A stretch of 64,000 nucleotides of DNA, taken from contig DAOMNO010000012.1 in assembly GCA_035443885.1 (NCBI GenBank), positions 815 through 64,814 of the forward strand. The letters are read 5' to 3'. The notes below the pieces were generated by a model that was given only the letters and a program-made list of their open reading frames with translations, had not been told where the DNA came from and searched no databases. A program made the position numbers and the translations under genes. The first letter of the stretch is position 1. Every line of letters starts with the position of its first letter. Positions 8,147 to 17,426 of this stretch are shown here, one piece after another. This stretch comes from Phycisphaerales bacterium. Lineage in GTDB: Bacteria > Planctomycetota > Phycisphaerae > Phycisphaerales > SM1A02.

Positions 8147-10132
8147 CTACCTCAGAAAATCAAGCAGGCTCAGACTCGTTACGCGGCTTGCGGTCTGCAA
8201 CCCCGCCTGCAACTGCTGTTGCAGGGTGGCGAAGCGAAGCGCCGCTTCCGTGTAGTCAAGATCCTGTACCTGGCTTCGCAAACTCATATCCTGAATCAAG
8301 AGGTCTTCTTCGCGGGCCATCGCATCCGCAATCCGGCGCGTCCGCGCGCCGACTTCCGCCCGCGTCAGAGCCAGACGATCAATGCCTGACTCAAGCTTCT
8401 TCGTTGCAAAAGAAATGCCACGCTCGTCATTGGCATACAGTGCGTCCCGAAGGGCCATTAGATGGGTGATAACGCTATCCACGGCAACTGTTGCGCGATC
8501 TTCACCCGCGAGGATTGCGCTCGTCGTTGATCCCAGAATGCCAAGGTCTTCCGCTGCAAAGCTGCCGTTGAGAGCTTCCACGGTGGTCGTGCCGCCCATG
8601 GGGAGCGTGTTGTCCACCAGCGCCAGCCCGTTGCCGTGGGTGGCAAGGCGGGCCTCGAAATCTGCTGGGTCGATGCCTGCAAGGTCCGCTGCCTGGTTGA
8701 TCTTGTCCAGCACGTCCTGCACGGTAATCGCGCCCGTCAGGTCCACCTCGAATGAGCGGCCGTCCTTCAGCGTAACGCGGAAGTCGATATCTGCCGCCGG
8801 GTTGGGCAGGCCAGTTACGGGGTCAACGCTTCCAGTGCGAATCTGCACGCCGCGCCCGTTGTTGAACGACTCCAGAAGCGTGGAACCGCCCATTGAGCGA
8901 ATGCCAAGCTGCGTCGCGGTGGTTCCGCCGTTCACTTCACCGACGCTCATCGAAGCGCCGGAAAGATGGTTGACGAAGTTCAACCGATCGCCCGCCTCGT
9001 TGATCTCGACCGACACGCCGATCTGCAACGAAGCGACCATGCTCATCACATCCTGCACGGTCTCCGCGCCGGAGAGATCAAGCTCGCGCACCTGATTGCC
9101 GTTGGCAATGCGGATGGTGCCCAGCGGCACGGTTACGCCGCCGAGGTTTGCCAGAGGCGTCATCTTCGTGAGTCGCGGATTGACATCCTGCCCAGAAGTC
9201 GCCACTCCGCCGGGGAATGTCGTGTGAATGCCGAGGTCGGCTGCGGTGGATTCGCCGACGAGATCAGTCATGGTGATGTCGATGCCCGCACCGGGCGTAA
9301 TTCGCAGTCCATTGCCCGCAGGGTTGATATCCACGACAGCGTCTGGGTCAACGGCTTGAATCGCCGTATTCAGTCGATCAATCACGTCCTGCACGCGGAA
9401 TGCATCTGTGAGATCGACGGTCAGTTCCGTGCCATCGACCGTAACATTGATCGACGAGAGCGAGACACCCAGCCCGCGTGCGCCGTTCAAATCCTGCAAT
9501 CGCGTCTGCCCCGTCATCACAGGGTTCAAGTCGCGCTCGCCGACCACTCGCGCGCTGACCGCGCCAAAGGCATGCCTGCCGGAAACCGTGATGGGCGTGG
9601 ACATGCCGAAGCCGAGATCAGTGAACAACCCTTCACCAAAGCCTTGATAGAGCCACCCGCCGTGCAATCCCACCATGGGCGGCTTGGATGTCAGTCCCCC
9701 ACCGAACAGATACGTCTGCTGGTATTTTCGATTCGCCACACCCACCATTTCATTAATCATCGAATCGATGACGACAGCCTGCAACGCTCGCGTGTCCGCA
9801 TCGCTGCCTGCGCCGATCTGGCTGAGGCCGATCGACTTTGCTTCGAGCATCATCTCCGTGGCATGGGCGAGAGCGGCTTCCACATTGTTGAGCACCGCTT
9901 CGCCGTGCGTGAGATTCCGAATGCGCTGCGTTCTGCGCTCGATCGCGTCGTCCAATACGCTGATAGTGCTGGCCCCGACAGGGTTATCCGAAGCGCGATT
10001 GATGGCGCGGCCTGTAGCAAGTTGAATCTGCGTGTTCAGCAGACTCTGACCTGTTCGATGCAGCGTGCCCAGCATGATCTGCGAAGCAAGCATGTTCGGT
10101 ACGCGGCTGAGGTTGGATGGAATCGTGGACAT
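8147..10132 (-). CDS. flgL: flagellar hook-associated protein 3 FlgL (expanded, 661 aa)
   Basis: The flagellin-like N-terminus is ...QLATGRAINRASDNPVGAS and the C-terminus is ...DLDYTEAALRFATLQQQLQAGLQTASRVTSLSLLDFLR. It lies directly downstream of flgK. The central region has three repeats of the form xVDLTGAxTVQDVxDxIN...LGI. Confidence 0.85.
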   Translation of the reverse strand: MSTIPSNLSRVPNMLASQIMLGTLHRTGQSLLNTQIQLATGRAINRASDNPVGASTISVLDDAIERRTQRIRNLTHGEAVLNNVEAALAHATEMMLEAKSIGLSQIGAGSDADTRALQAVVIDSMINEMVGVANRKYQQTYLFGGGLTSKPPMVGLHGGWLYQGFGEGLFTDLGFGMSTPITVSGRHAFGAVSARVVGERDLNPVMTGQTRLQDLNGARGLGVSLSSINVTVDGTELTVDLTDAFRVQDVIDRLNTAIQAVDPDAVVDINPAGNGLRITPGAGIDITMTDLVGESTAADLGIHTTFPGGVATSGQDVNPRLTKMTPLANLGGVTVPLGTIRIANGNQVRELDLSGAETVQDVMSMVASLQIGVSVEINEAGDRLNFVNHLSGASMSVGEVNGGTTATQLGIRSMGGSTLLESFNNGRGVQIRTGSVDPVTGLPNPAADIDFRVTLKDGRSFEVDLTGAITVQDVLDKINQAADLAGIDPADFEARLATHGNGLALVDNTLPMGGTTTVEALNGSFAAEDLGILGSTTSAILAGEDRATVAVDSVITHLMALRDALYANDERGISFATKKLESGIDRLALTRAEVGARTRRIADAMAREEDLLIQDMSLRSQVQDLDYTEAALRFATLQQQLQAGLQTASRVTSLSLLDFLR

Positions 10133-10265
10133 GGAGAAAAGTGCTGGGTGCGTTGTACGGAAACCGGCGATTCAGATGCTGAACTTTCGATGGCTCACAT
10201 GGTCATGTGTTTTTTCATTTCGTCTTGCAACTGAACATGGCCCACAAATCTCTAAAGACTCTTTT

Positions 10266-11972
10266 TCACACCAATGCAATCAAGGTCTGCATGGTTTCGT
10301 CGATGACGCCGATGAAGCGTGCCGCAGCCTGGAACTGCCTCTGGAACGTGAGCAGGTTGATCGCTTCTTCGTCAAGCGATACGCCTGATACAGATTGAAT
10401 CTGCGCGCCGAGGCTCTCTCGCACGAGTCGTGACGTATCTGCCGATGCGTTCGCCGCGCCGGTCTTCACGGCGAGATTGCTCGCGGCGTTGCGCCAGAAC
10501 TCGCGCAGGCTCTTGCCGCCAAGTTCGCTGAAGGCGACATCCTGCAGGTTGGCGAGCAGAATTGCGGTATCGGTGGAGCCTTCCACGTGCCCGCCACCCG
10601 CCGCAAGCAAGCCGGGATCATCGATCAGCCGTTGATTCACGCCGATCGTGGATGCATTGTGGCCCGTGAAGAATGTATTGATGCCCAGTGCAGCCAGCGC
10701 ACCGCTGGTGTCATCGGAAAAACTGAACTCATATCCAGCATCCGCCGTCAGCTTGAGTACGTTGCCGCCGCCTTCGACCCCCACTGCCGCCGTAACGTGC
10801 GGCACGCCAACCACTGTGTTGATCTCCGCCACCAGGTCATTGAGCGACATGGTGTTGCCGTTCACGCTGATCTCATGGGTTGTGCGAACACCGGTCTCTT
10901 TGTTGGTTACGTGAATGTAGAAGCTGCCGTTCTGAATCTTGAATGGCAGTTTCGATTCGGGCGAGTTGAGATTGACCGATGGGCTGTGTGCCTTATACGT
11001 GCCGCTGACGCTCTCAAAGCCTTTCAGCCCCTGTCCCTGCGAGTGAACACGGTTCACCTGAAAGATGAGCTGCGAGGTGAAATCGTCAAGAGCCTTGATC
11101 ATCGGCTCGACCGTTTGCGCCCGCTGATTGAGCAGCGATCCGATTGAGCCTGCATTTGCAGATAGGTGGGTGCCGTCGGCTGCAACGCGAAGTGATAGCA
11201 CCGCTTTCCCGTTCACCATGTCAGATTGAATCTTGATCCCGCGCGATTCACCGCCAAGGACGATGGGAATCGATCCGACGAGTACATCCGCCGCGCCGTT
11301 CGGCTGTTCGACCACCGTGATATCAAGATATTGGGCCAGTTCATCAAGCAGCAGATCACGATGATCGCGTAACGAGGCCGCCCCACCGCCGCCGGAACTC
11401 TCGGCCGCCGCGATCTGCGTGTTAAGCTGCGTAACCTGCCCCAGAATGTCGTTGACCTTCGTCACACTCACATCCAGCGACTGGTTGATCTGTGTGAGCA
11501 CGGTGTTGTAATCGTTGCGCATCGCAGCGAGGCGCGTCGCAAGCGACTGACCTTTCTGAATCACCACGCCTCGGACTGCGTTGTCCGACGGACTGTTCGC
11601 CAGTTCGGAAAAACTGTTGAAGAACGAGCTGAGCATCGTGGAAACGTCGTTGTCCGTCAGCTCATTCTGCAGCGTCTCCATTGCGGTCAGAAACTGCTGA
11701 TCGACATACGATGCGTGCTCCCGGCTGATCGCAGCTCGATAGCGAATCTGCAGTGCGCCGTCGATCTCCCTGCGGATCGACTTCAGACTCACACCCTGGC
11801 CGATGAACTGCCCTGCGCCCAGGTGATGCCCCTGTGAAGGCGCAAGATGAATCGTGCGGCGATGGAACCCGCGCGTCGCAGCGTTCGCCATGTTGTCGCC
11901 CGCGACCTGCAGCGCGGTCTGGCTCGTCAGAAGCGCGGTTCGACCGATATGGAGTGCACTGTTGATGCTCAT
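10266..11972 (-). CDS. flgK: flagellar hook-associated protein 1 FlgK
   Basis: MSINSALHIGRTALLTSQTALQVAGDNMANAATRGFHRR at the N-terminus and ...VSLDEEAINLLTFQRQFQAAARFIGVIDETMQTLIAL at the C-terminus are the conserved flagellar basal-body rod/hook terminal domains typical of FlgK. Confidence 0.9.
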   Translation of the reverse strand: MSINSALHIGRTALLTSQTALQVAGDNMANAATRGFHRRTIHLAPSQGHHLGAGQFIGQGVSLKSIRREIDGALQIRYRAAISREHASYVDQQFLTAMETLQNELTDNDVSTMLSSFFNSFSELANSPSDNAVRGVVIQKGQSLATRLAAMRNDYNTVLTQINQSLDVSVTKVNDILGQVTQLNTQIAAAESSGGGGAASLRDHRDLLLDELAQYLDITVVEQPNGAADVLVGSIPIVLGGESRGIKIQSDMVNGKAVLSLRVAADGTHLSANAGSIGSLLNQRAQTVEPMIKALDDFTSQLIFQVNRVHSQGQGLKGFESVSGTYKAHSPSVNLNSPESKLPFKIQNGSFYIHVTNKETGVRTTHEISVNGNTMSLNDLVAEINTVVGVPHVTAAVGVEGGGNVLKLTADAGYEFSFSDDTSGALAALGINTFFTGHNASTIGVNQRLIDDPGLLAAGGGHVEGSTDTAILLANLQDVAFSELGGKSLREFWRNAASNLAVKTGAANASADTSRLVRESLGAQIQSVSGVSLDEEAINLLTFQRQFQAAARFIGVIDETMQTLIALV

Positions 11973-12068
11973 GGTGTTGTGCGGCGCGCTGAGTCGTGAT
12001 TGATCGAAGAAACCTGCTGAACCACTGGTTTCGCAAACGGGCGTCGCCCGATGCGTACTGAACCTGAC

Positions 12069-12605
12069 TTACGATCTGAGATCGACGCTGTATTGGAGCT
12101 GCGCACCCATCGCCGGTGCGCCTTGTCTGCCGTACACCCCCGCCCGGCTGAGCGCGGAATGAACCGTCTGCATCACGCCGCTCATGTGGCGAGCGAGACT
12201 CTCAGCCGCAGCGCGAACGGTAGAGCTGCGATTGCGAACTTCCGTCGCCACCTCGCGCAGCTCCGTTGCAATCGCCTCAAGTTTCACGCGCGATTCGCCT
12301 TGCGCGACGTTCAGAATCGCGCTCAGCGGCACTGGCGACGTGCCGGTTGCCATACCTGCCGGCCCCTTCGGTCCGTCCACGATCCGTCTCGCCAGCTCGA
12401 TCCGCTGCGCTTCCATCTCGCTGACAGAAAGCATGATCTGACGCTCTTCATCGCAGATGGCCCCCACTGCGTCGATCCGTGCCGTGCGCACGGCTTCACG
12501 CTTGCGGTCCAGACAAACCAGCAACTTGCGATGGGCGTCCGTCTGCGCGCGAAGGATGTGCTCCATTGCTGCGATCAACTGCGCTTTGTCGTTCATGTTC
12601 TTCAT
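12069..12605 (-). CDS. FlgN-like flagellar export chaperone (tentative)
   Basis: The predicted protein looks helical and its position immediately upstream of flgK-flgL mirrors flgN. The N-terminus is L..ME.IL..Q....R.LL..L..KREAV. Its ATG (12605-12603) overlaps the upstream stop as TGATG. Residue-level similarity cannot be verified without a search. Confidence 0.4.
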   Translation of the reverse strand: MKNMNDKAQLIAAMEHILRAQTDAHRKLLVCLDRKREAVRTARIDAVGAICDEERQIMLSVSEMEAQRIELARRIVDGPKGPAGMATGTSPVPLSAILNVAQGESRVKLEAIATELREVATEVRNRSSTVRAAAESLARHMSGVMQTVHSALSRAGVYGRQGAPAMGAQLQYSVDLRS

Positions 12606-12991
12606 CACGTTCTGTCCTTCCGTGCCGCCATGGCTGCGTACCGCTCAACAATCGCATCCACCAGCGTCAATCGCGACGCTTGCGTAACGCGGTCCGCCAC
12701 CTGCTGATCGAAGAGCGGCCCGAATCGCTTCTCCACTGCGCCGGGTGAGAACGGTCCCGCTGCCATCGACGACTCACGCATCGCTCCGAGCATCGGCGCG
12801 ATGAACGCGCTGGAAACAAGCTGCTCCGCAGCTTCGCGCAGATCAGCCGGCTTTACAGCGGCCTGCGCTTTCGCATCCTCCAGTGTGGACCGGAAAGGCG
12901 CGTACGAAGGGTGCATCGCACGTTCCGGATCGGTTGTTCCGAATGCTGCGCCAGGCAGCCCGCGCGAAGTTGTCAACGCATGGCTGATCAA
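12605..12991 (-). CDS. rod-binding protein (FlgJ N-terminal domain-like)
   Basis: AEQLVSSAFIAPMLGAMRESS...FGPLFDQQVADRV...LTLVDAIVERY follows the Rod_binding pattern F..mL..MR......f...lDqq.a.....gL.d.i. The track start is a TTG overlapping the flgI stop (TTGA). An internal ATG at 12916 is an alternative start. Confidence 0.6.
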   Translation of the reverse strand: MISHALTTSRGLPGAAFGTTDPERAMHPSYAPFRSTLEDAKAQAAVKPADLREAAEQLVSSAFIAPMLGAMRESSMAAGPFSPGAVEKRFGPLFDQQVADRVTQASRLTLVDAIVERYAAMAARKDRT

Positions 12992-14109
12992 TTCACCACC
13001 ACCTGCGCGTGCAGCGCGCCTGTTTTCTTCAGCTCATGAATGATCGCAATCTGATCGCGAACGGGTACTGCAAGCTGGTCAAGCGCACGCAGTAAGTCCA
13101 GCAACTGTGTTGAGTTGCGATTGCGCTGCCCGGTCGTGTCAAGGCCGGTCCAGCGCCTCGTTTCAATCAGCGGGTTGAACTCATCCGGCACCGGCTCAGG
13201 CGTGATGCTCGTAATCGACAGCCCCTGGTGCGTGATGCCCACCGGCCCGATGACCACATTGCCTGTAACGAGAATGATGCCCTGTTTCTCGTTGATGACA
13301 ACACGCGCTTCCGTCTGAATCAGCGAAGGATCGATCGGAATCGTCATCAGCGCTGCGATGAACGCTGCGGGACGATCGCGATCCGCAGGCGGCACGACGA
13401 TCAGAATGTTCTTCGCGTCTTCAACGCGAGCGATGTCGCTGTAGCCATCGAGCACAAACTCATCGTTGATCGCCGCTGCGATCGTGCTCGCGACCGGATA
13501 TCCCGCGTACTGGTCCTTCAACACGAGTGTCATGGTGCCCGCCCGCGTGATGGGGTTCGTGCGAATATCCGCCAGCATCTGCCCGCCTTGACGAATCACG
13601 CCCGCACGGGGATTGCGGCCGTTCATCGCGCTGCCTTCAATCACCACCGGACCGCTGGCATAGGCAAGCGGAACCAGATCAGGCGAGTCAGGCATCGGCG
13701 GTCTCAACATGGACACCACCAGACGCCCGCCCGCAAGGCTCTTCGCATTGAACATCGCCTCGACATGCACATCCAGCCGATCGCCTTCGCGCACGCCTGT
13801 TGCGGGCACTTCCATCGTTACCTGCACCAAGGCGTAGGAATCCGCCCGCGCCAGCTCATCAATGCTCCCGATCGGGTTGCCGAGGTTGCGCAGGAGTTCC
13901 GCATACGGCCTGGCCGCGACGAGTGAGTCCTTCGACTTGTCGCCCGTACCGTCAAGCCCAATCACGATGCCCATGCCTGTGAGGATGTTTCGTTCGTGGC
14001 CTTTGATGCGCACAAGGTCCTGTACGCTGGTTGCGGATGCAGTATTTGCGCCCAGCGCAAGAACCGCAGCGCTCAGACTGATGAGGAACATCGTTTTCAC
14101 CGCGTGCAT
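12988..14109 (-). CDS. flgI: flagellar P-ring protein FlgI
   Basis: It has a signal peptide, followed by VQDLVRIKGHERNILTGMGIVIGLDGTGDKSKDS, which matches RIKDI..v.G.R.NqL.GYGLVVGL.GTGD. The length of 373 aa also fits. Confidence 0.9.
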   Translation of the reverse strand: MHAVKTMFLISLSAAVLALGANTASATSVQDLVRIKGHERNILTGMGIVIGLDGTGDKSKDSLVAARPYAELLRNLGNPIGSIDELARADSYALVQVTMEVPATGVREGDRLDVHVEAMFNAKSLAGGRLVVSMLRPPMPDSPDLVPLAYASGPVVIEGSAMNGRNPRAGVIRQGGQMLADIRTNPITRAGTMTLVLKDQYAGYPVASTIAAAINDEFVLDGYSDIARVEDAKNILIVVPPADRDRPAAFIAALMTIPIDPSLIQTEARVVINEKQGIILVTGNVVIGPVGITHQGLSITSITPEPVPDEFNPLIETRRWTGLDTTGQRNRNSTQLLDLLRALDQLAVPVRDQIAIIHELKKTGALHAQVVVN

Positions 14110-14197
14110 TGGACCTCCTGTCCGGGCGAACCATCTCGCCGCCTTTCAGGAAGCAAACCACGGGCCAGCACAGTCCGAGTCGGCTATTGTGTTCATC

Positions 14198-14779
14198 ATG
14201 GCCAACCCCCCGTCTATCCTCGCGTTCGCGGGCAGTACCCGTGAAGGTTCCTTCAATAAGAAACTCATCCGCGTCGCAGCACGCCTTGCGGAAGCCGCCG
14301 GTGCGAAGGTTACGTTGCTTGATCTTCGCGATCTCGCGTTGCCGCTTTACGACGGCGACCTTGAACAGCAATCCGGCCTGCCGGACGGCGCGTTGCGGCT
14401 CAAGAAGCTGATGAAAGAGCACGACGCTTTTCTCATCGCCTCGGCTGAATACAACAGTTCCGTCAGTGCAGTACTCAAGAACGCCATTGACTGGGCTTCC
14501 CGCCCACAGGGTGACGACCGCCCGCTTCAGGCATTCGCGGGCAAGGTCGCAGGTCTGATGGCAGCATCCACCGGTGCACTGGGCGGCTTGCGCGGCCTGG
14601 TTCACCTCCGCGCCATCTTGGGTAATATCAACGTGCTTGTCGTACCCGAACAGTTCGCTCTGGCCAAAGCCAATGAAGCCTTCAACGAAGATGGTTCGCT
14701 GAAGGACGACGCGCCGAAGCAAGCCGTCGAAAAGATCGTTCGGCGTGTCGTCGATCTTGCTGCACGCCTCAAGTCCTGA
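14198..14779 (+). CDS. NAD(P)H-dependent FMN reductase family oxidoreductase
   Basis: MANPPSILAFAGSTREGSFNKKL...LIASAEYNSSVSAVLKNAIDWASRP is typical of the FMN_red family. The start is moved to the internal ATG at 14198. The upstream part of the track ORF overlaps flgI on the opposite strand. Confidence 0.85.
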   Translation: MANPPSILAFAGSTREGSFNKKLIRVAARLAEAAGAKVTLLDLRDLALPLYDGDLEQQSGLPDGALRLKKLMKEHDAFLIASAEYNSSVSAVLKNAIDWASRPQGDDRPLQAFAGKVAGLMAASTGALGGLRGLVHLRAILGNINVLVVPEQFALAKANEAFNEDGSLKDDAPKQAVEKIVRRVVDLAARLKS

Positions 14780-14825
14780 TCCTCTACTTCCCCCGGCCCA
14801 CCGCACCAAACTACGGAGATTCACC

Positions 14826-15248
14826 ATGGCCTCACCGCTTCGCACAATGCTGATCGGCGGACACAAACCGGCTTCAGTTGCAGCCGACCTCGGCCTTACC
14901 CTGCTGCGTATCGCTGCCGGTCTATTGATGGCGCCACACGGCTGGGGAAAGATTCCCCCATCCGGCCAGTTTCTTGATGGTGTTTCCGAAATGGGGTTTC
15001 CCATGCCGATCGTCTTTGCATGGGGCGCAGCACTCTCAGAGTTTGTCGGCGGTTTGCTGCTCGCGGCAGGCCTGTTCACACGGCCCGCAGCGTTCATGAT
15101 GGCGGGCACCATGGTTGTGGCGGCTTTCGTCGCCCATGCGGGCGATCCCATCAGCGTGCGAGAAATGGCTCTGTTGTATCTCTTCATCGCCATCGCATTC
15201 ATGTTCAATGGTTCAGGCCGATTCGGGCTGGATCGATTCCTGAGGTAG
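14826..15248 (+). CDS. DoxX family membrane protein
   Basis: DLGLTLLRIAAGLLMAPHGWGKI...EFVGGLLLAAGLFTRPAAFMMAGTMVVA with four predicted TM helices. GGAGA lies upstream of ATG 14826. Confidence 0.75.
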   Translation: MASPLRTMLIGGHKPASVAADLGLTLLRIAAGLLMAPHGWGKIPPSGQFLDGVSEMGFPMPIVFAWGAALSEFVGGLLLAAGLFTRPAAFMMAGTMVVAAFVAHAGDPISVREMALLYLFIAIAFMFNGSGRFGLDRFLR

Positions 15249-15250
15249 CC

Positions 15251-16156
15251 GTGAGCATTCGATCCATCATCTCTGGTTGGATTGTGCTGCTTTTCGCCGC
15301 ACCGGTTGCTCTCGCGCAGCATGGTGCGCCACCCGCGCGGCCGGATGTCAAACCCGGCGAACTGACGCCATGGACCAGATTGCTCGTGGAAGCCATCGAG
15401 ACCGCGCACGGCGCCGAGCAACTTCGCGAACCAAAACGCACCCTGGCATTTGACCTCACCTTCACGATGCAAGGGCATCCTTCATTTACGGGCACAGTGC
15501 ATCTGGAGCCTTCGGCTGGCTCACGTGGCCGCGCTCGGCTTGTGAGCGCAAGCGGGATGGTCTTGCTTGATGATGGCACGCGCTTCTGGATGTCACGCGA
15601 TTGTGAGGCGGATGTTTCTGCACAATCGAAATCTGAAGCGATCTTTCTGCTCAAAGCGCTGCCTCACTTCGCTGGTATGCCTTTCCGCCTGCGCGATGCT
15701 CAGGTTGTGCTCGTGCCATCCGGTCGCCGGGAAGTCGCGGACGTGAGCTATCACGCAGCGACCATGACGTTTCCGGGCATGGATGACTGGTTCGGCGTCT
15801 TTGCTCACATGTTCCAGGATCGCGTCATGCTGATTCCGTGGTTCATCACCACGCCTGAAACGGTTGAGCCGGAAGTCGGCCTGCCGCCCGCTTACGTCGT
15901 TGAGTTCAGTAACTTTGAGGAGACGAACGACGTTACGCTGGCGCGAACGTGGACGATCCGCCGCTGGCACCGCGTGGACGGGCCGACCGACAATCCGATC
16001 GGCTCCGCGAGTGTGAAGAACGTTCGCGTAATGGAGTTGGATGAGGCCATCTTCACCAAGCCCGAAGGTGCGGTTGAGTTGATGACGATGCCGCCCATCA
16101 AGGCAGAATCTGCAGATTCGAGCGACGAGCAAGCGGAAGACGCCCCGACACCATAG
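15251..16156 (+). CDS. hypothetical secreted protein
   Basis: A GTG start at 15251 gives VSIRSIISGWIVLLFAAPVALAQ, which is signal-peptide-like. The C-terminus is acidic. No domain was recognised. The track ORF start at 15020 overlaps DoxX in another frame. Confidence 0.5.
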   Translation: MSIRSIISGWIVLLFAAPVALAQHGAPPARPDVKPGELTPWTRLLVEAIETAHGAEQLREPKRTLAFDLTFTMQGHPSFTGTVHLEPSAGSRGRARLVSASGMVLLDDGTRFWMSRDCEADVSAQSKSEAIFLLKALPHFAGMPFRLRDAQVVLVPSGRREVADVSYHAATMTFPGMDDWFGVFAHMFQDRVMLIPWFITTPETVEPEVGLPPAYVVEFSNFEETNDVTLARTWTIRRWHRVDGPTDNPIGSASVKNVRVMELDEAIFTKPEGAVELMTMPPIKAESADSSDEQAEDAPTP

Positions 16157-16257
16157 AATGTATTGCTGCGTCTCCCGCCGTCAGGCGATGTTGCACTTCG
16201 CTCACGTGCAGCCTGCATGGGGAAAACGCTGCTCTCCGCTGTTCATCGCTGTTTCCC

Positions 16258-17377
16258 ATGCATTACGAATCTCACCAGCAAATCATCAACGACATCGAGG
16301 CGCGGATCTTAACAATCCGTGACTCTCTTTAACTACGACAAAAAGATCGCCCAACGGGACGCGCTGCAGGAGCAGATGAATACGGACGGCTTCTGGAACA
16401 GCCAAGAAAAAGCCCAGAAGGTCATCGCGGAGTTCAAACTGCTCAAAGCCCAGACCGATCGCCTTGGCGAGGTCATCGACCAGTTCGAGAACGCGAAAGT
16501 CGCGTATGAACTGGCACGTGAAGAGAACGACAAGGACCTGCTCGTCGAAGCGGATGAACAGCTCTATCAGATCGCGCAGCAGATGGAGCGAGTCGAGCTG
16601 GAGTCACTCCTCTCTGGCAAGCACGATCATCGGAACTGCTTCGTCACCATTCAGGCTGGCGACGGTGGCACCGAAGCAGACGACTGGGCCTCAATGCTCG
16701 AACGCATGTATCTCTATTACTGGGAGCACATGGGTTGGAAGGTCGAGGAAATCTCGAAAGTGCATGGCACGGAAGTCGGCATTTCACAAGTGACGTACCA
16801 CATCAAAGGTCCGCTGGCGTTCGGCTACATGAACTGCGAACGCGGCACACATCGCCTCGCTCGCGTCAGTCCGTTCAATGCGCAGGGCAAGCGGCAGACG
16901 AGCTTCGCCACCGTGGATGTGGTGCCAGAGTTTGAAGACAGCGATGTCGAGATCGACGAGAATGATCTCGAAGTCACGGCGTTCGCGCGTTCGTCCGGCC
17001 CCGGCGGGCAGAACGTCAACAAAGTGGCTTCCGCCATCCGACTCGTACACAAGCCCACCGGCATCATGGTTGTCTCTTCGACGTATCGCGACCAGGGGCA
17101 GAACAAAAAATCTGCGATGAACATCCTCAAGGCAAAGCTGGAGCAGATTGAGGAAGAGCGCAGACAGGCGGAGCTCGACGCGGCGACCGGCGGCAAGGTT
17201 GATCGCGGCTGGGGCACACAGATTCGCAGTTACGTCTTCTACGACAACCGCGTCAAAGATCATCGAACCGGCCACGAAGTGGGCAACCCGCAATCCGTAC
17301 TGGATGGCGATCTCGAAGGCTTCATCTACGCGGAGCTGCAGCGACGTCGTGCTGCACGAGAAGCCGTGGGAGCATAA
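16258..17377 (+). CDS. prfB: peptide chain release factor 2, expressed via programmed +1 ribosomal frameshift
   Basis: ORF0 from ATG 16258 encodes MHYESHQQIINDIEARILTIRDSL and ends at CTT TAA C (16327-16333). The +1 frame continues NYDKKIAQRDALQEQMNTDGFWNSQEKAQKV... through the GGQ motif (SGPGGQNVNKV). Together these align with E. coli RF2 across its CUU UGA C shift site. Confidence 0.9.
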
Positions 17378-17426
17378 GGCAGGTAACCTGCGGAGAAACC
17401 ACGGGGCAACATAGAATGATCGCCGC

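Noticed and set aside
12988-14197. flgI apparently heading the flagellar operon without flgH/flgA upstream, considered as a sign of an unusual P-ring-only basal body.
   Set aside because: The other basal-body genes may simply be encoded elsewhere. The window gives no information about their presence or absence.
13952-15478. 508-aa ORF on the minus strand spanning the FMN reductase and DoxX genes. Similar long ORFs occur at 7205-8389, 8966-10234, 33177-34454, 48271-49233, 53610-54704 and 62437-63300.
   Set aside because: Each lies antisense to, or out of frame with, a gene that has clear family motifs (flagellar, ribosomal and others). Their translations are Arg/Ala/Pro/Gly-rich and low in complexity, with no motifs. 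This is the classic shadow-ORF artefact of GC-rich DNA.
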